From: Entomortierella parvispora E1425
Taxonomy: Eukaryota; Fungi; Mortierellomycota
Length of the DNA stretch: 64,000 nucleotides
Direction of reading: 5' to 3'
Assembly (NCBI GenBank): GCA_020891255.1
Contig: BQFW01000007.1
Span: 1,488,001-1,552,000, forward strand
The notes under the pieces were generated by a model. It was not told the DNA's origin. It ran no database searches and saw nothing but the letters and a program-made list of their open reading frames with translations. The translations under genes were made by a program, and so were the position numbers. Positions 10,411 through 23,941 of the stretch are shown one piece after another (the stretch's first letter is position 1; every line of letters starts with the position of its first letter).

Positions 10411-12849
10411 GCTGTGAGTGTGTAGAGTGTGTTGTGTGTTTGTTGATCCCAAAGTATCAGCGTCGATGTAAAGGGGATCGGGAAACAGGCAAAAGTGGGG
10501 AAGACACAAGAGTTGAGAGTTGAGGTAGGTAAATGAATGAACAAGAATGAGGGAATGAGCAAGAGAAAAGAAAGACGGCGAGTTGAGTGAAAGACGATTT
10601 CTTCTTCCTCTTCTTCCTTGGCCTCTGCGTCCCTTTTTATAACAACCGGTGATGATTTTCATGCAGACCAGCCGGTCTTCTGGAAACGCGACTGGGCCAG
10701 AAAGCCGTCCAAGGGCAAAGGATACATCCCACCTCTATCCCTTCCCATCCCAGATTGCCTCCCTCTCTTGTACCCTTGTCAACATAAAAGAAGAGAGAGG
10801 GTTGGGGGCCGCTTTGCTCTTTTCCTCTTGTGGACACCTGGCCACCCACCCCGATCTCTTTTTCTCTAGCGGACTCTTTCTGCAAAAAGCGAGGCAGAAT
10901 GGCCGATTTGTGTGGGCCAGTCACTTTTGACAAAAAGAAAAAAAAAAAAAAAAGAGGCGCGGTCTATCCCATCCAGCTGGCCTGTCCGCTATTCATGGGC
11001 GCTTTCTGGTTGGTCAGAAAGCAGAGAACGACGGTCCTGCGGTCCTTGACCTTCTATCCCTTCCTTCCCTCCATTTCTTTTCTGCAAGATAGCCAACAAT
11101 AAACCAGTGATCACCCCCGCTCACGTTGCTTACCTGCAGAGGGATAATTCGCTCGATTGTTTGTTTGTTTGTTTGTCGTCCGTGTGTTGGTTATGAATGT
11201 TTTCTGCCTACTCACAACGGCCTTTTTTTTTTGCGCGGGAAATTTGAAGACTCACCGAAAGAGTATATGCAAAAAGAGTATCAACAAGAAAGAGAAAAAG
11301 ACGCACACCCCGTTGCATTTGTAACAATTAACTTGCAGGGTCCGATTCTCCAGTGCGTGCCCATTCCGAACGATGGCCAACACTCTGGACAGGCGACGAC
11401 ATTCCATCTACCGTTACATCCGTGCCCCAAAAATTTGCATTGAAATCTCAACCAAGAAAACGCAACGCCTTTCTCAACGGTCAATCATGAATTGGCAAGC
11501 GGTCTGGATCGCACAGGAATTCAGATCCAAGCTCGGTCGTTCCTGGTCAACTGCCTTTTTTTTGTTTGTTGAATGACAAAACAGATAGGACACGAGATTG
11601 AACATGGACTGCTGGACTGCGTTCATGGCATGATCGTGAAGAAGGAAGGCCATTATTCGCCGATTGGTCCGTTAGAGAATCGCGCCAACTGACTAATGTT
11701 TTTGGGGTCAGGACACCTACAGATCACACATTCATCTCTTCTAAATCTCCTACGCTGAAGAGAGGGAAGGAGGAGAGGAATCTTGAACCTAGTGGGCGAG
11801 GGGTCATCGCGAATTAGTTCGTAATCAACTTTACATTTCGCACCCTTGCAGTTATGGAGGGCATAGTTCATGCTCGCTCCAAAAAAACAGCCGGCTTTGG
11901 TCAATGCAGTGCCTCTAATTTGCGCAGAGATTGGTGGCAACATATCTACACGCAGCACATCCTTCTCTCCAAACTGCCCGATGGCTTCAACAGCCATTTA
12001 GGCACACTCTCTTTATCCCAACGAATATGCAACCAACACTGAGGGGCCAGTTTAGGTCATCCCATGGCTTCGTCCCCCTTCCCCTTTCACCGTTTTTTTG
12101 TAGTGCGATTTACGCTAGCGGATGAGCTGAGCTTTGTCCCCTCAAACAGCTGGTGTGCGCCAGAGCGTGCGCCAGTGCGGGCTTGTTCCAGGCCAGTCCA
12201 ATTCTCTTGGGGGTAGTACGCCTCCTTGTGCCCCCTACCGCCAGGCTGGGCCCACCAATTTGGTGGGCGCGTGCCCACTGAAGGTCCGCCAACGATCATT
12301 GAACCACAGCAATTGTTCTTTCTCGGCACTATCCTCAGGGTCGTGAACTTGGGACAGGGACAGCAAGGACATATCTCCAAGACCGGACCTGAGTCTCCAG
12401 GTCAAAGCAAGACAAAGAATCCAAAACAGAGGCACGTCATTGAGGGCGGAAGAAAGGTGGAGATCGCGACCCGACGGACTGGGTCATTTGTCTTTTTGAT
12501 CTGATTCACCGCCTACAGAACGGTGAAACGAGACGAGACGAACAAACAACTGATGAAAAAGTGGTCTCATCTCGTACTATGATTTCTACACGCAATGCAT
12601 ACTTTGCCGCCATTTTCAAGTCTTTGCGCCAACGAACAACTGCATCTCTTCTGCTGTAGCTTCTGCAGGCAGGGCACAATTGAAGAGAAGTAAAGAGGCT
12701 ATGCAGAGATACAGTACAAAGAGGAAAAAGAACGAGAAGGTGCTCTTGGGCGCCGACCAAGAGTCAGAGCTGCATGGCTCTGCCGTTTGGAGCGACAACT
12801 AAAAACAAGCTGCGCGGTCTGGTTGGTGCAATCGAGCCTGGCGTGGTGA

Positions 12850-12880
<31 letters not shown>

Positions 12881-13007
12881 GAAAGATAGAGTTTATTGGC
12901 TGCTGGATGTCTACGAGAAAATAGGTCTTCGTGCCCGATAGGGGAAAGAAAAGAGGAGGGATCGAGATGACAAGAGGCGAGAGCACAAGATGGATGCATT
13001 CCTCTTG

Positions 13008-13077
13008 CAGACGATGTGAACAGACGATGTGAACAGAGGATGCCAACAGAGGATGCCAACAGAGCATGCCAACAGAC
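13008..13077. repeat. Diverging 13-bp minisatellite, about 5 copies
   Basis: cagacgatgtgaa x2, cagaggatgccaa x2, cagagcatgccaa. Confidence 0.8.
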
Positions 13078-13346
13078 CCACAAGGGGCTCTGTTCCAAGG
13101 CAACAGGACGCAAAGCAGCTCCAAGCCAGGGGTGCACTGGCAGCCAGTCATAAATAAATAAATCATGAAAGAAAAGGGGGGGCGGGGAGCATGGCAGCAA
13201 GCAATCAATCAATCAATCAATTAGGCAGGGCGTCCCTTTCCCTTCCTTTCCTGGCCCTTTCTTCCTTTCTTTTCTTTTCTTTCCTTCCCTGCCTACAGTA
13301 CTGTCTGTCTCTCATCCTCATCTTCCGCGTCGCTGCATTGCATTCC

Positions 13347-13347
13347 T

Positions 13348-13444
<97 letters not shown>
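13347..13444. repeat. (CT)n microsatellite in the 5' region of the downstream gene
   Basis: About 90 bp of near-perfect ct repeats. Confidence 0.95.
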
Positions 13445-13493
13445 TTCATTCTTCCCCTCCTTGTTGGTCAGCTGCCTGAACCAACTTCCACGC

Positions 13494-16455
13494 ATGCTTC
13501 GGACCGCCGACGACTCTTCAACCGCTCGACTCGACCATTTGGCAGAGCTTGCCACGTCCCCAACTCAGGCCGCTCATCCTTCGCATTCTTATCCTCATCC
13601 CCACCATCCCACTCATCACTCGCACCATCAGTCCCATCCTTCTTCTCCTCTTTACCAGGACAGACATCCGATGGACGATCCTCGAGGAGGACCACCTGCC
13701 GTAGGCAGTCATCAGGGTCACCATCACACCCCGGGCTCGGACCGATATTCGGGACCACCCTCACACTCACAGCAGCATCCACATTATCAACAACAGGCCC
13801 ACCATCAGCAGCACCAGCAACAACAACAGCATCCGCACCACCACTCGTCCTACAGAGGCGAGCCTCGCTCGCATCCTGGTCCACCTCAACAGTCATATCA
13901 GCAACAACAGGACCAGGATGCAAACGCACCCTGGCGTTCACCCATCACGCCTACGACAACCCGCAAGTTCAATAGGATGGCCATCCACGAGGTCTTGGAC
14001 TCTCATCAACAGCATCAACACCCATACGGAAATGAGGGACGAGAGGACTCACCACCTTTCAAACGTAAGGGATCGCCCGAGGAGTTTGCATACTCGGATC
14101 CTCCACCAGGGTCCTCTGGAGGGCCCTATCCAAGCGGGCACCATGCTCCACGGTAAGATTTCCGTTTTGGCTTTAGCCGATTTGACTGCAACTTCTATCA
14201 GGATGATTTATGTAATCGGGACAGAGACGACTGGCCCCTCGTGGGCGCGCAAGTCATGGAGAGAGGCAATACTCAGGGTACCTAGTAGCCCTCCATGGAT
14301 GGCGTATAGCGACGGCGAAACAGCAGAGACAACAGCTCTTTTTGATCTGCAGAGCTCTCTGGGACTAGAAGAATGACAAAGAGCCGCAGGATCAAAGGTG
14401 CCTCTGTGTCTCTTTGAGCAGCCAGCAGGGGCAAATCACTACGCGCACGCCCGTGGCGTCAGGATTCCCACCTTGCACATATTGCACATGCAACCCACCG
14501 CCCATTCATTATCGACCGGCGAGAGCAGATCCCATCCATCTAGCAGGAAGCATATCCACACGCAGACACTGACAAACAAACACACGCACAAATTAAGCGC
14601 ACACTCCATCTCCCGATCATGACTGACACCGCTCGATTGGTGCAACAAGGGGGCGAAAAAGAAGGGAAAAAAAATGGAAACAGACAGGACGGGAACCCCC
14701 TTCCCACACACACACATACACACAATCAATCGCCCATTCATGCGTGTCCACGACCGACGTTTGCGTAACTTTTCGACCTTCGACCACCCCACGGCGCATC
14801 ATTCCCCTTGTTGCAGGGGCATGCTTATCTCAGGGGCGACGACTCCAAAAAGGTTCTGAGAGAACAAAAGGTGCTAATTCACCCATATTCCGATATATCT
14901 TAATAGCAGCTACGGTCGTCAGCATCCAGACCAACACCAGCGCCCCCTTTCACCAAGGTACCGCCAGGAATCACCCATGCCTGGCTCCAACTCGGAGGAC
15001 GAGGATGATGACATTCGCAACTACAAAAAGCGAAGAATGGCTCAAATGCAGGGTCAGAGAGGCGGTCCACAGCAGCAGTCGCCCCCTTCATCATCTCCGG
15101 GTGGACCACCAGAGGTCCTTGATCAGGTGCGCTCGACATTGAAGCTGAAGCAACAACAAAAGGCCATTATCGAGTCCAGACAGGGATCTCAGCCACAATT
15201 GGCCTCACAGCAGCATGGAGGCATCAAGCCCAACTCCTCCAACGGCGGCAACCAGCCCATCACCGAGACGACACCCAGTGGTCTCTCTGTCTTTCATGGA
15301 AGTGCATCGTTTGCATCTCTGAACCGACGCCCTCAACCTTCGCCCAAGAATCCCAAGAATGCAAAGTCTCTGACAATTTTTGCTCCATCCTACTCAGAGT
15401 CTTCGCTCTCTATCCACTCAGCACCGCTGCAGCCTTCGCAGAGTCACCAGGCGATGAGTATGAACCCGAGGACATCTCAGCCTCTTCTCCAGCGACAGCA
15501 CCCCCACCCGTATGCACAGCACTCTGGAGCCTTCCAACAGCCTTTGCGATCGCCCAGGACCGCAGGTCATTCCAAAAAACCATCACGCGTTACAATTCGC
15601 CAGTCTGATCATAGGTATGGGTCCTGTCCCAAGACTGTCATTGCGCGGCATGGGTCATGATTGACCTTGTTGTTTGGGGTTTGAACTAATCCGTCATTTC
15701 ATCTGCCTCTCCTTCCGACTCTTAGCTCTGGAACTTTGCCAGCACCCATCTTGTCATCGCATACTGGACCATTGCCGTCACCTTCGATGTATCCACCAAC
15801 ACCATTTCATTCGAACCCCAAGCAGCACTTTTTGGAGACTGTCTCGACTCTTTTTGACTCTGTGGATTCGTCCAGGAACCTCAAATACACACTGGAGGAG
15901 CAGATTAGGAAATCAGCACAGCTTTTGCAGACACTGCAATCTAGTGGGACTATGATTGAGAACTTGGTGCGTGGACAATTCAAGGAACTGGAGAAGGGCG
16001 TGATTGACCGTTTTGAGGGCGAGATTGAGCACTTGACGGCGCGAGTACGGCAATTGGAGGAGCATCAGGGACTTTTGCCTCCACCCCGAAAGCCAAAGAC
16101 CAGTGCTCCCGCTGCAGGACCATCGTCCGCATCTACCTCTTCCTCCACACCTCCATCATCCTTGTCCGCAATGACGGGCGTGACACTGACCTCCACTGGA
16201 CCTAGCTCTGGGTCGAGCTCTGGCTCTGCAACAGCAGCGGACTCAAACACCAACGCCCACAGGGACGCGTCCCCAGCGACACAGCAAGGAACGCCTGATA
16301 GCGGGACGTTGCCTACGCCACCCTTGACAAAGACGCAAGATTCAGCCATGGAGGTGGAGGATGAGGGCGAGGAAGGCCCTGAGCGTGCCGAGTACCAATC
16401 GTCGGTGCAAAAGTTGCAGGAGCGCGTTGAGACGCTGGAGGCAAAGAGGGACTGA
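13494..16455 (+). CDS. Hypothetical His/Gln/Pro-rich disordered protein with a C-terminal coiled coil; introns about 14153-14906 and 15615-15725
   Basis: Three phase-compatible ORF segments; ordered block KQHFLETVSTLFDSVDSSRNLKYTLEEQIRKSAQLLQTLQSS...EIEHLTARVRQLEE. Confidence 0.75.
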
Positions 16456-17370
16456 ATGATACCTCTATTATTTTTTTGACACAGATGATACCTTTCTGCC
16501 ACCGGCCCCGCACTGCAAATAAAAGAGCGACTTCCATCAAACGCACTGTAACAGAGCTTTGGTGGCAGCCAGCACTCCCATGAAGAGCAGACGCAGCAGA
16601 ACCACCCTGAAGATGTATGGAAAGACAAGTCACGAAGGACAGGAAGCACGTCGATCGCATATGCTGCAAAGGCCTTTCTTTCTTTCTTTCTTTCAGGCGG
16701 TCTCTGGTCTCCACATTTCTTTGTCCCTTCCTTTCTTTAATTCATACATTCATCTCCATCACCCCCATCCTCTCCATCCATCCCTTCATCCTCCCTTCAT
16801 TCTCCCTTCATTCTCCGGTCCCTGCTCTGTTGCAGCACAAAGCAGATCAGTCGCGCATAACCCTCTGTCTTTTGTGTTCATCCCTCCCTTTCGCTTCCCT
16901 CCTCGCCTTTTGTGCACCTCACCTCTCCTTCCCTTGGACCACCTGCGTTCGCGACAGTGAGCGCCTTGCCAGCCTACTTTCTCATCCAGCCACTCTCATT
17001 CTCAACTACACCCAACACCATTGCTCTTTCCTCGGCCTCGGGTATGGACACACACCTCCCACCCTGCTCCTTTCACTAACACAACCAAACATCTCTGCGC
17101 GACTGCATCCTATAAACAGGGGGCTGTCCATCCTGCGTTGAATGCAGAGAGCCCTGACTATCCATCGAGTGTCTCCATGCCAACTGCTGGTTGCTTAATT
17201 ATTCGAGTTCAATCCTTCACGCGCCCTAATCGCCATCGGCTCCACTTGCTCCTCTTTATTGTTTTCACTGTCCATAGCTCTCGCTCATATATCCCCTACC
17301 TTCTGCCTCCATACCAAGGCCGCATCGTTTCTAGAGCAGGAGTAGATCGCTATTGCCTGAGGGCTGGAGA

Positions 17371-18923
17371 ATGAACTCGACCATGGTAACCGCTATCGAA
17401 CACCATTCTAATCAGCAGCAGCCTCCCTACAGTACTGGCGGTAATATTCAAACCTCAAACATGGGCAGCAGTTCCAGGGGACCGAAATCACCAGGACTCA
17501 ACTCTCCCAATGGCAGTGTCCTGGTCAAAGGAGGCCAGTCCAAGAAAGCTGCTGCCGCTGCTGCCGCGGCAGCAAAATCGCTTTCCTTGCAGACAAAACC
17601 CGCAGACATTCAATCCGCCTCTCCCATGTCAACGAGTCCCCTCACGGCCCTCTCCTCGCCAGGAATCCCTGGTTCAGCTACAATTCGAGGCATGAAAAGA
17701 CCTTTAGAGAAGGTAAGTGTTGATCATTCCTCCATCACATAGATGGTATCTCCAAATTTAAAAACAAGATTATTTGTTGCTTCGCCTGCTAACATGAATT
17801 GCTTTGCCTGTTCGTATCCCAAACTTCCTTGTAGAATGCCGTGAAGAAAGGTAGCATATCCTTGCAGTGCCTCAATTTTTTTTTTTCTGGAGACGGATTG
17901 TGCTGAAGAAGTATGAACTGACGCTTTCCATTGACATGTTTTTAGATCTCGTGGCAAAGTACAAAAACAGACCAGCCTCATTCATCATTCACCTCTACCC
18001 AACCCACTTCAAGTTTGAAAATCAGGTGGGTTTGTTATCTTTTACTCGAGGAATTAACAGCGAAGAGACTTATGCTAATGTCTTTGCAACGGTTCTTTAA
18101 ACGTGTGATAGGATGGAGTGTTTCTGTTCAATTCGCCAATGAAGGTACGGTGATAAACATTCTTCTTCCAAAGGTTCTGATAGTCAATACTGACTTTGTG
18201 CCAACTTTGCCATTTTCAATATTTAGATCTTTCTGAAAAGTATACAAGAGCGGAAATTACCTGCAGGACTTGTGGATATTATCAAGAATGCCCAGTGCCC
18301 TTATTACGAAGGTATGGATCACGCTTTGATGCGTTCAAAGCTTGCGATGCACTTTCTCAGTTTTAACATCGTCTCTCTCTTTGTATTCTAGGCTCACTCA
18401 TTGCAGAAGTCGTAGATCACAGGACAAAGCCTGGACATGGAGCGGATGGATCGAGTGTGAAAAAGGACGGAGAACCTACAATCAAGCGCGTTGTTCTTTC
18501 ACCCACTCAGGAAACTCTCTGGGCAGATCTGTCTTTGCTGCATGAGGAATCTGGCGAGGGCTGGTCGAATCAATTGATGCTGGAAGTGGAGTCCAAGATC
18601 TTGGTATGATTCTAGCTATGGATGTGGAATCATGAAAAGGTCACTTTTATCGTGTTATCGTTCTGAACCTCTTTTTTTAAAAAAAATTATTCTGTGCCCA
18701 ATTTGATAGATCGCAACCGAAGAGCCTTTGTGTCTTGATCCATCTCCTATGGTGACGGTTTTGAGCAACGAAATTAACTATCGCCAGGCATCCGCCACTC
18801 AACGACCAAAGAAGAAGAGAAAGTGGAACTCTCTAGAACGCGAGCAGGAAGCCGCCAGGAAGCTCGAGGAGGACAAGTTGATGAGCATGATGGACGAGGT
18901 AAATTTCTGGAAGATACAGAAGT

Positions 18924-18958
<35 letters not shown>

Positions 18959-21900
18959 GGACAAAGATCTTTGGAAAATCTCTGATGACTGATGCTATTT
19001 TATTGAAACATCTTTCCCCACTACAGAAAGCGCTCGTGGACTTCCAACCAAGTTTTGGGCGTCTGGCTTTCCTCAAGGAGTGGCGCAACAAAAAGAAGGC
19101 GGAAGAAACTCAGGCCATTCCCGTGCTGGATCCAAAAAAGTCAAAGGCAAAGCGTCAGGAAATGTCGGTTTTGCCAGATGGTCGCAAAATTGTTCGCACG
19201 ATACGTTTCGAACGCGAAGACAAGAAACGCTCTTGTAAGGATTTTGTTTTTCTTCTACTCACCTGTATTCACTTTATACCGGGGGATTCGTTCATTGCAA
19301 CTAACATTAGACTTTTTCATTTCGGTTAGACAAAATGTATTACATGTTCAATATCATGCAGCGTCCAGACTTGTCGTTCGAGGGTATCATGCGTTGGGGT
19401 ACTGCGCACGATTCAGCTGTGAATGGTGGCATCAGAAAGTAAGAGCTTGACAGAAATTGAGTGCTGAAAGACCAGGACATCAGAAAAAGTGCCTTTGCTG
19501 ACGGATTCTCCTTTCAAAAACACAACATAGGTTTTATCTTGGACCAGAGCAGTGCGCCGACGCGTATGTGCAAAGTCTAAAGTCCATGTACTTCCCAGCC
19601 AACTCACTGATCAGCGATACGACCCCCACTTCAACCAATACAGCTCGAGCCAATGCTGCCGCGGCCGCAACAGCAGCAGCAGCAGCAGCGGCGGCGGCAG
19701 CGGCGGCAGCGCAAGCCACTGCAACTTCAGGCGCCAACAACAGCATGAGTCCAGGAGTCAACAACTCTACAAACGGTGCGGCGGCGCCTGCTCAAAATAG
19801 TGGCGCCAATAACGTTAGTGGCAACAGCAATACCAACAGCAATACGACCACTGCAACAGCTACAACACCCACAGCCGCCCCTCAAGCAGGACGCTATACC
19901 CCGGTTCCACAAACCCCTCAAATGGGAGCCATGCAGTTACCTCAACAGCAACAGCAGCAGCAGCCACAGCAACAGGCACAGCAGCTCACGCCACAGCAAC
20001 AGCAGCAGTTTCAACAGCAACAGCAACTTTTGCAACAAAATACGCAGCAGTTGCCCCCTCAACAGCAGATGCAACAGATGCAGCTTCTTCAACAGCAGCA
20101 GCAGCAGGCACAAGCGCTCCAGGCTCAGCAGCAGCAACAGCAGCAGCAGTTCCAGCAAGATCACCTACGACAGCAGCAGTTGCAAGTTCAACAGCACCAG
20201 GCTATGTTGGCTCAACGTCAGCAGGAGCAGCTGCTGCAGCAGCAACTCGCTCTTCAGCAGAGGCAACAACAACAACTTCGAATGCAGCAAGCGGGCCAGG
20301 GTCAGGCTCTTGCAGGTCAACCACAGGCTGTTGGACAGCAGCCACAAATGATGAACCCAGCTGCAAACCAGCTGCAGCAGCTTTTGATTCAGATGCGACA
20401 ACTTCAACACAGTCAAAACGGTCAGCTAACTCCTCAGCAGCAGGCTGTATTCCACCAACGCCACGCAGACCTGACTCGCCAAGCCCAGGCTTTCCAACAA
20501 CAACAGCTTCAGCTTCAGCAACAGCTCTTGCAGCAACAGCAACAGCAACAACAACAGCAGCCACAACAGCAACAACAGGCTCAGCAGCAACAGCAGCAGC
20601 CTCAGCTTCAATCGCCTCAGCAAGGTGCCCAAATGCAGGCTATGGGAGTTACGGCCGGTGTTACCGCATCTATGCCAGGTGTAGCCGGTGCAGGACTTGC
20701 CAATCAGCAAGCAAATGGTCAAAATCAAAATGCCGCTGGAATGATTGGCTCACCATTGGCAATGCAGAGAACAACGTCGAACAATGCCGCTGGCGGTACT
20801 ACGGCTGCAAGTGGAGCGACTCCTGGCACGCCAACGATGAATCAAGCTCAGTTGCAATTGCAGCAGCAGCAGCGCATGGCTCTCCTTGGAAATCAGCAGC
20901 AACAGCAGCAGCAAATGCTTCAGCAGCGACTGAACCAACAGCAGCAACAGCAGCAACAGCAACAACAGCTGCAAAACAATGCCGCTCAGGGTCAACCCAA
21001 GCAATCTCCTGCTTTGGCTCCCAATACTATTGTGAATGGAGTACCGACAACTCAGGATGGAAGCCAAAATAACGGAATGGCCAATATGAACCTGGCTGGC
21101 AATGCCAACGGCATGATGTCGCCCAACATGAACCCAGCAGCAGCGAACCCACTGCAAGCCAACGCCGGTGCAGCAAATCCTCAGGTGCGACATCAGCAAG
21201 ATGCTTTGAAGGTAAATTCAGAATTCGACAGCCAATATTGAATACGGATTTTCTCCGCGACAATTGTATACTGACTATTGCTTTTCATATCCCAGGCGAT
21301 CCTATTAAACTTCCAAAAGAACCAGCACCAAATGGCTCAGGCGGCAGCAGCAGGACGAGGCGCTGGTGGGGCTAATGCTGGTGCATCGGCAGCTCCTCTT
21401 GCTCGTATGTTCCATTTAACTCGTTCAAATATTTAATTGGCCCCGTTATTTTGTTGTCACGTTCTAATCAAGTCTACGTTGACTTTTTTTTTATTAGAAC
21501 TTGCATCTCAACTAGCAAGTATCGGCTTGTTCGCTCCTCAGCAGTTGACTCTTCCTCTTCAGCAGATCTTGAGCAGTGCCGGTATTTCCATGGAGCAGTT
21601 CCAGAAAGTGAAGCAATTCCATCAGCAGCGACTCATGCATCAGATGCAGCAACAGCAACTTCAGCAGCAGCAACTTCAACAACAACAGCAGCAACAGCAG
21701 CAACAACCAAACCAGCTTAATAACCAGCATACATTGAACAGTCCCGTTCAGCAAAACGGATCAGTTGGAACACCAGTGATGCGACCAGCATCTGTCGCCG
21801 GTGCCGCGGAATCGCCCAAGCTCGGAAACGTTCAAACAACGCAGTTTGCCTCCCCTCAGCAAGGAGCAGCCAATTTGAACACGGCCACACCTCTTTCGGG

Positions 21901-23941
21901 ATCGACAACCAATTCGCCCATGGCTGCGGTGGTCCCTGCGGGAGGACAGCCGGGCACCAACGCGGCCAATACAGTCTCAATGCAGGCAGGTGTCGGCATG
22001 GCCAATACGCTCTCTGGAGGACTTAGTTTGCCCAATGCGGCAGGTATGGCGAATAGCAATGCTGGATTGAACGCTGGAAACCCTGGGCTATCGGCCTCTA
22101 CCATGCCAATGGCTCAGCAGTCTGCAGTCCAATCTGTTGTGGCTATGCAACAACAACTTCAGCACGTCCAGAGTCAAATCACGATGGCGAAGCAAAGTCA
22201 TGATCAACAACTGCAGCAGTTTATGGCCATTGTTCAGAATCCTGCCGGGGGCTTGAACGTGGAGACGGCTCAGAAGCGTCATCAAGTCCTGCAGCAGCAA
22301 TTCAAGCAGCAACTCATGGTCCTTCAGCAGACAAAAACAATCATGGAGGCGAGACAGCAACAGACCATGGATGCTCTCCGCAATGCTGGTGTCACAACTG
22401 ATATGATGAAGGAACTCATGGCCAGGACGCCGACGATTCCAAACCAGCAGGCCATTCAGGCAGCGCAACAGTTGGCTCAACAAGCCGGTGCTCAAGCTGC
22501 ACAGCAGGTGGCCCAAGCCCTCAATATGGCGCGTACCAACAGTGCCAATGCAGCAGCACTAGCTGCGGCGGCAGCAGGGAACAACGTGAATGCTGGAGGT
22601 GCAACCCAGATTGCCAGTGGTACATTGAATGCTAGCGGCACCCCAGGTCTAGTTCCCAACGCCGCTGCGATGCTCAACAACACCAATGCGAACGCAACGG
22701 CTATGAACCTCAGTCTACCTGGAGCCGGTGCCGGAGCCATGAATGCCATGGCCAAGATGGGCCTGGGACGTGGTCGGGGCATGGCGTTGCCAAATAGCGC
22801 TGGAGGTCTTGGTGCAGCCGCAATGGCTGGTCTTGGTCGTGGCCTCCCGGTAACAGCGGCAACGGCGGCAGCGGCAGCAGGAGGTCTTGGTCGAGGCAAT
22901 CCGTTGCAAGCAGGAACAGCAGGAGGTGCGCTTTTGAATGGAGGACAGATCAAACCTGCTGGTGTAGCTGGTGTCTCTGGACCTGGAGCAGCCGCGACTG
23001 TTACAGCTGCTACTGGTGCCACCATTGCTGCACCAGGCACGGCGGTGAGTACTTCTGCAGCCATTGCTTCTGCAGCAGGTGGCATGCCCAACTTGGCTGG
23101 TATGACGGGGCTTACTGTTGGTATCTCTCCCACAGGTCAGCAGGTCATCATGCTACCGAACGGACGCTCAATTACTCCTCAGCAGTATCAACAAATCCAG
23201 CTTCATCAGCAGCGAAACACTCTCCTGGCTCAGCAGCAACAGCAGCAACAGCAGCAAATGATGCAAATGCAACAGCTGCAACAGATGCAACAAGGACAGG
23301 GGCAGCAACAGGCGAATCAACAGCAACAACAGCAGCAACAGCAACAACAGGCTGGTCAAACGCCTCAGATGCAGCAGCAGCAACTTGCAAACAATAATAG
23401 TGGTATTGGTGGAGCCAGTGCAACCGGAGGTCCTCAATTGCAGTCTCCTGTTTTGCAGTCACCTCGCCTGCAGTCGCCAAGGATGGCAATCCAGTCTCCC
23501 AGACAACAGAATCCTCAGCTGAACAACCAACAGAACCCGGGACAGCAAGGAACCCAACAGCAGCAACAGCAGAATTTCATGCAAAGTCCCCAAATGCAGT
23601 CTCAGCAGTTTATGATGATGCAGATGATGCACCAACAGCAACAGCAACAACATCAGCAACAGCAACAGCAGCTGCAGCAGCAAATTCAACAGATGCAGCA
23701 GCAAGGTCAACAGGGACAGCAGCAACAACAACACAACATGCAGTCGACCTCTGCGCTTTTAGCCCAGGCGGCTGCCAACGCTGCCAATGGAGGTGGAACT
23801 CCACTTATGAACGCTGCCATGATCAATAATGGTGGCAATGTTGGAGGCGACGGGTCTGGAGGAAACACACAAGACCTCATGAATCAAGCTGGTGGCGCTT
23901 CTGGAGGCGACGCATCCGGTGGAGCAGATGGATCCTCGTAG
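17371..23941 (+). CDS. SPT20: SAGA complex subunit Spt20 with a very long polyQ/Ala/Asn C-terminal region; many introns including a 16-nt micro-exon 17835-17850
   Basis: KYKNRPASFIIHLYPTHFKFENQ...FLKSIQERKLP...YYEG.LIAEVVDHR...LSPTQETLWADL...EVESKIL.IATEEPLCLDPSP matches the Spt20 SEP domain. Confidence 0.85.

Noticed and set aside
10717-10725. Perfect U12 donor GTATCCTTT on the minus strand in the medA leader
   Set aside because: No U12 branch site at a suitable distance from an acceptor; about 0.5 such 9-mers are expected by chance.
11126-11145. CTTACCTG resembling the U1 snRNA 5' end
   Set aside because: Downstream sequence lacks U1 stems and an Sm site; better read as a minus-strand GTAAGC donor.
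11653-11997. 114-aa Cys-containing ORF in the intergenic region
   Set aside because: No ATG at the called start, no recognisable motif or splice support; would need a homology search to revive.
13191-13493. N-terminal extension of the 13191-14156 ORF
   Set aside because: Runs through the (CT)n microsatellite; ATG 13494 is the more plausible start.
19727-23804. Many poly-Leu/poly-Ala ORFs on alternative frames
   Set aside because: By-products of CAG/CAA repeats in SPT20.
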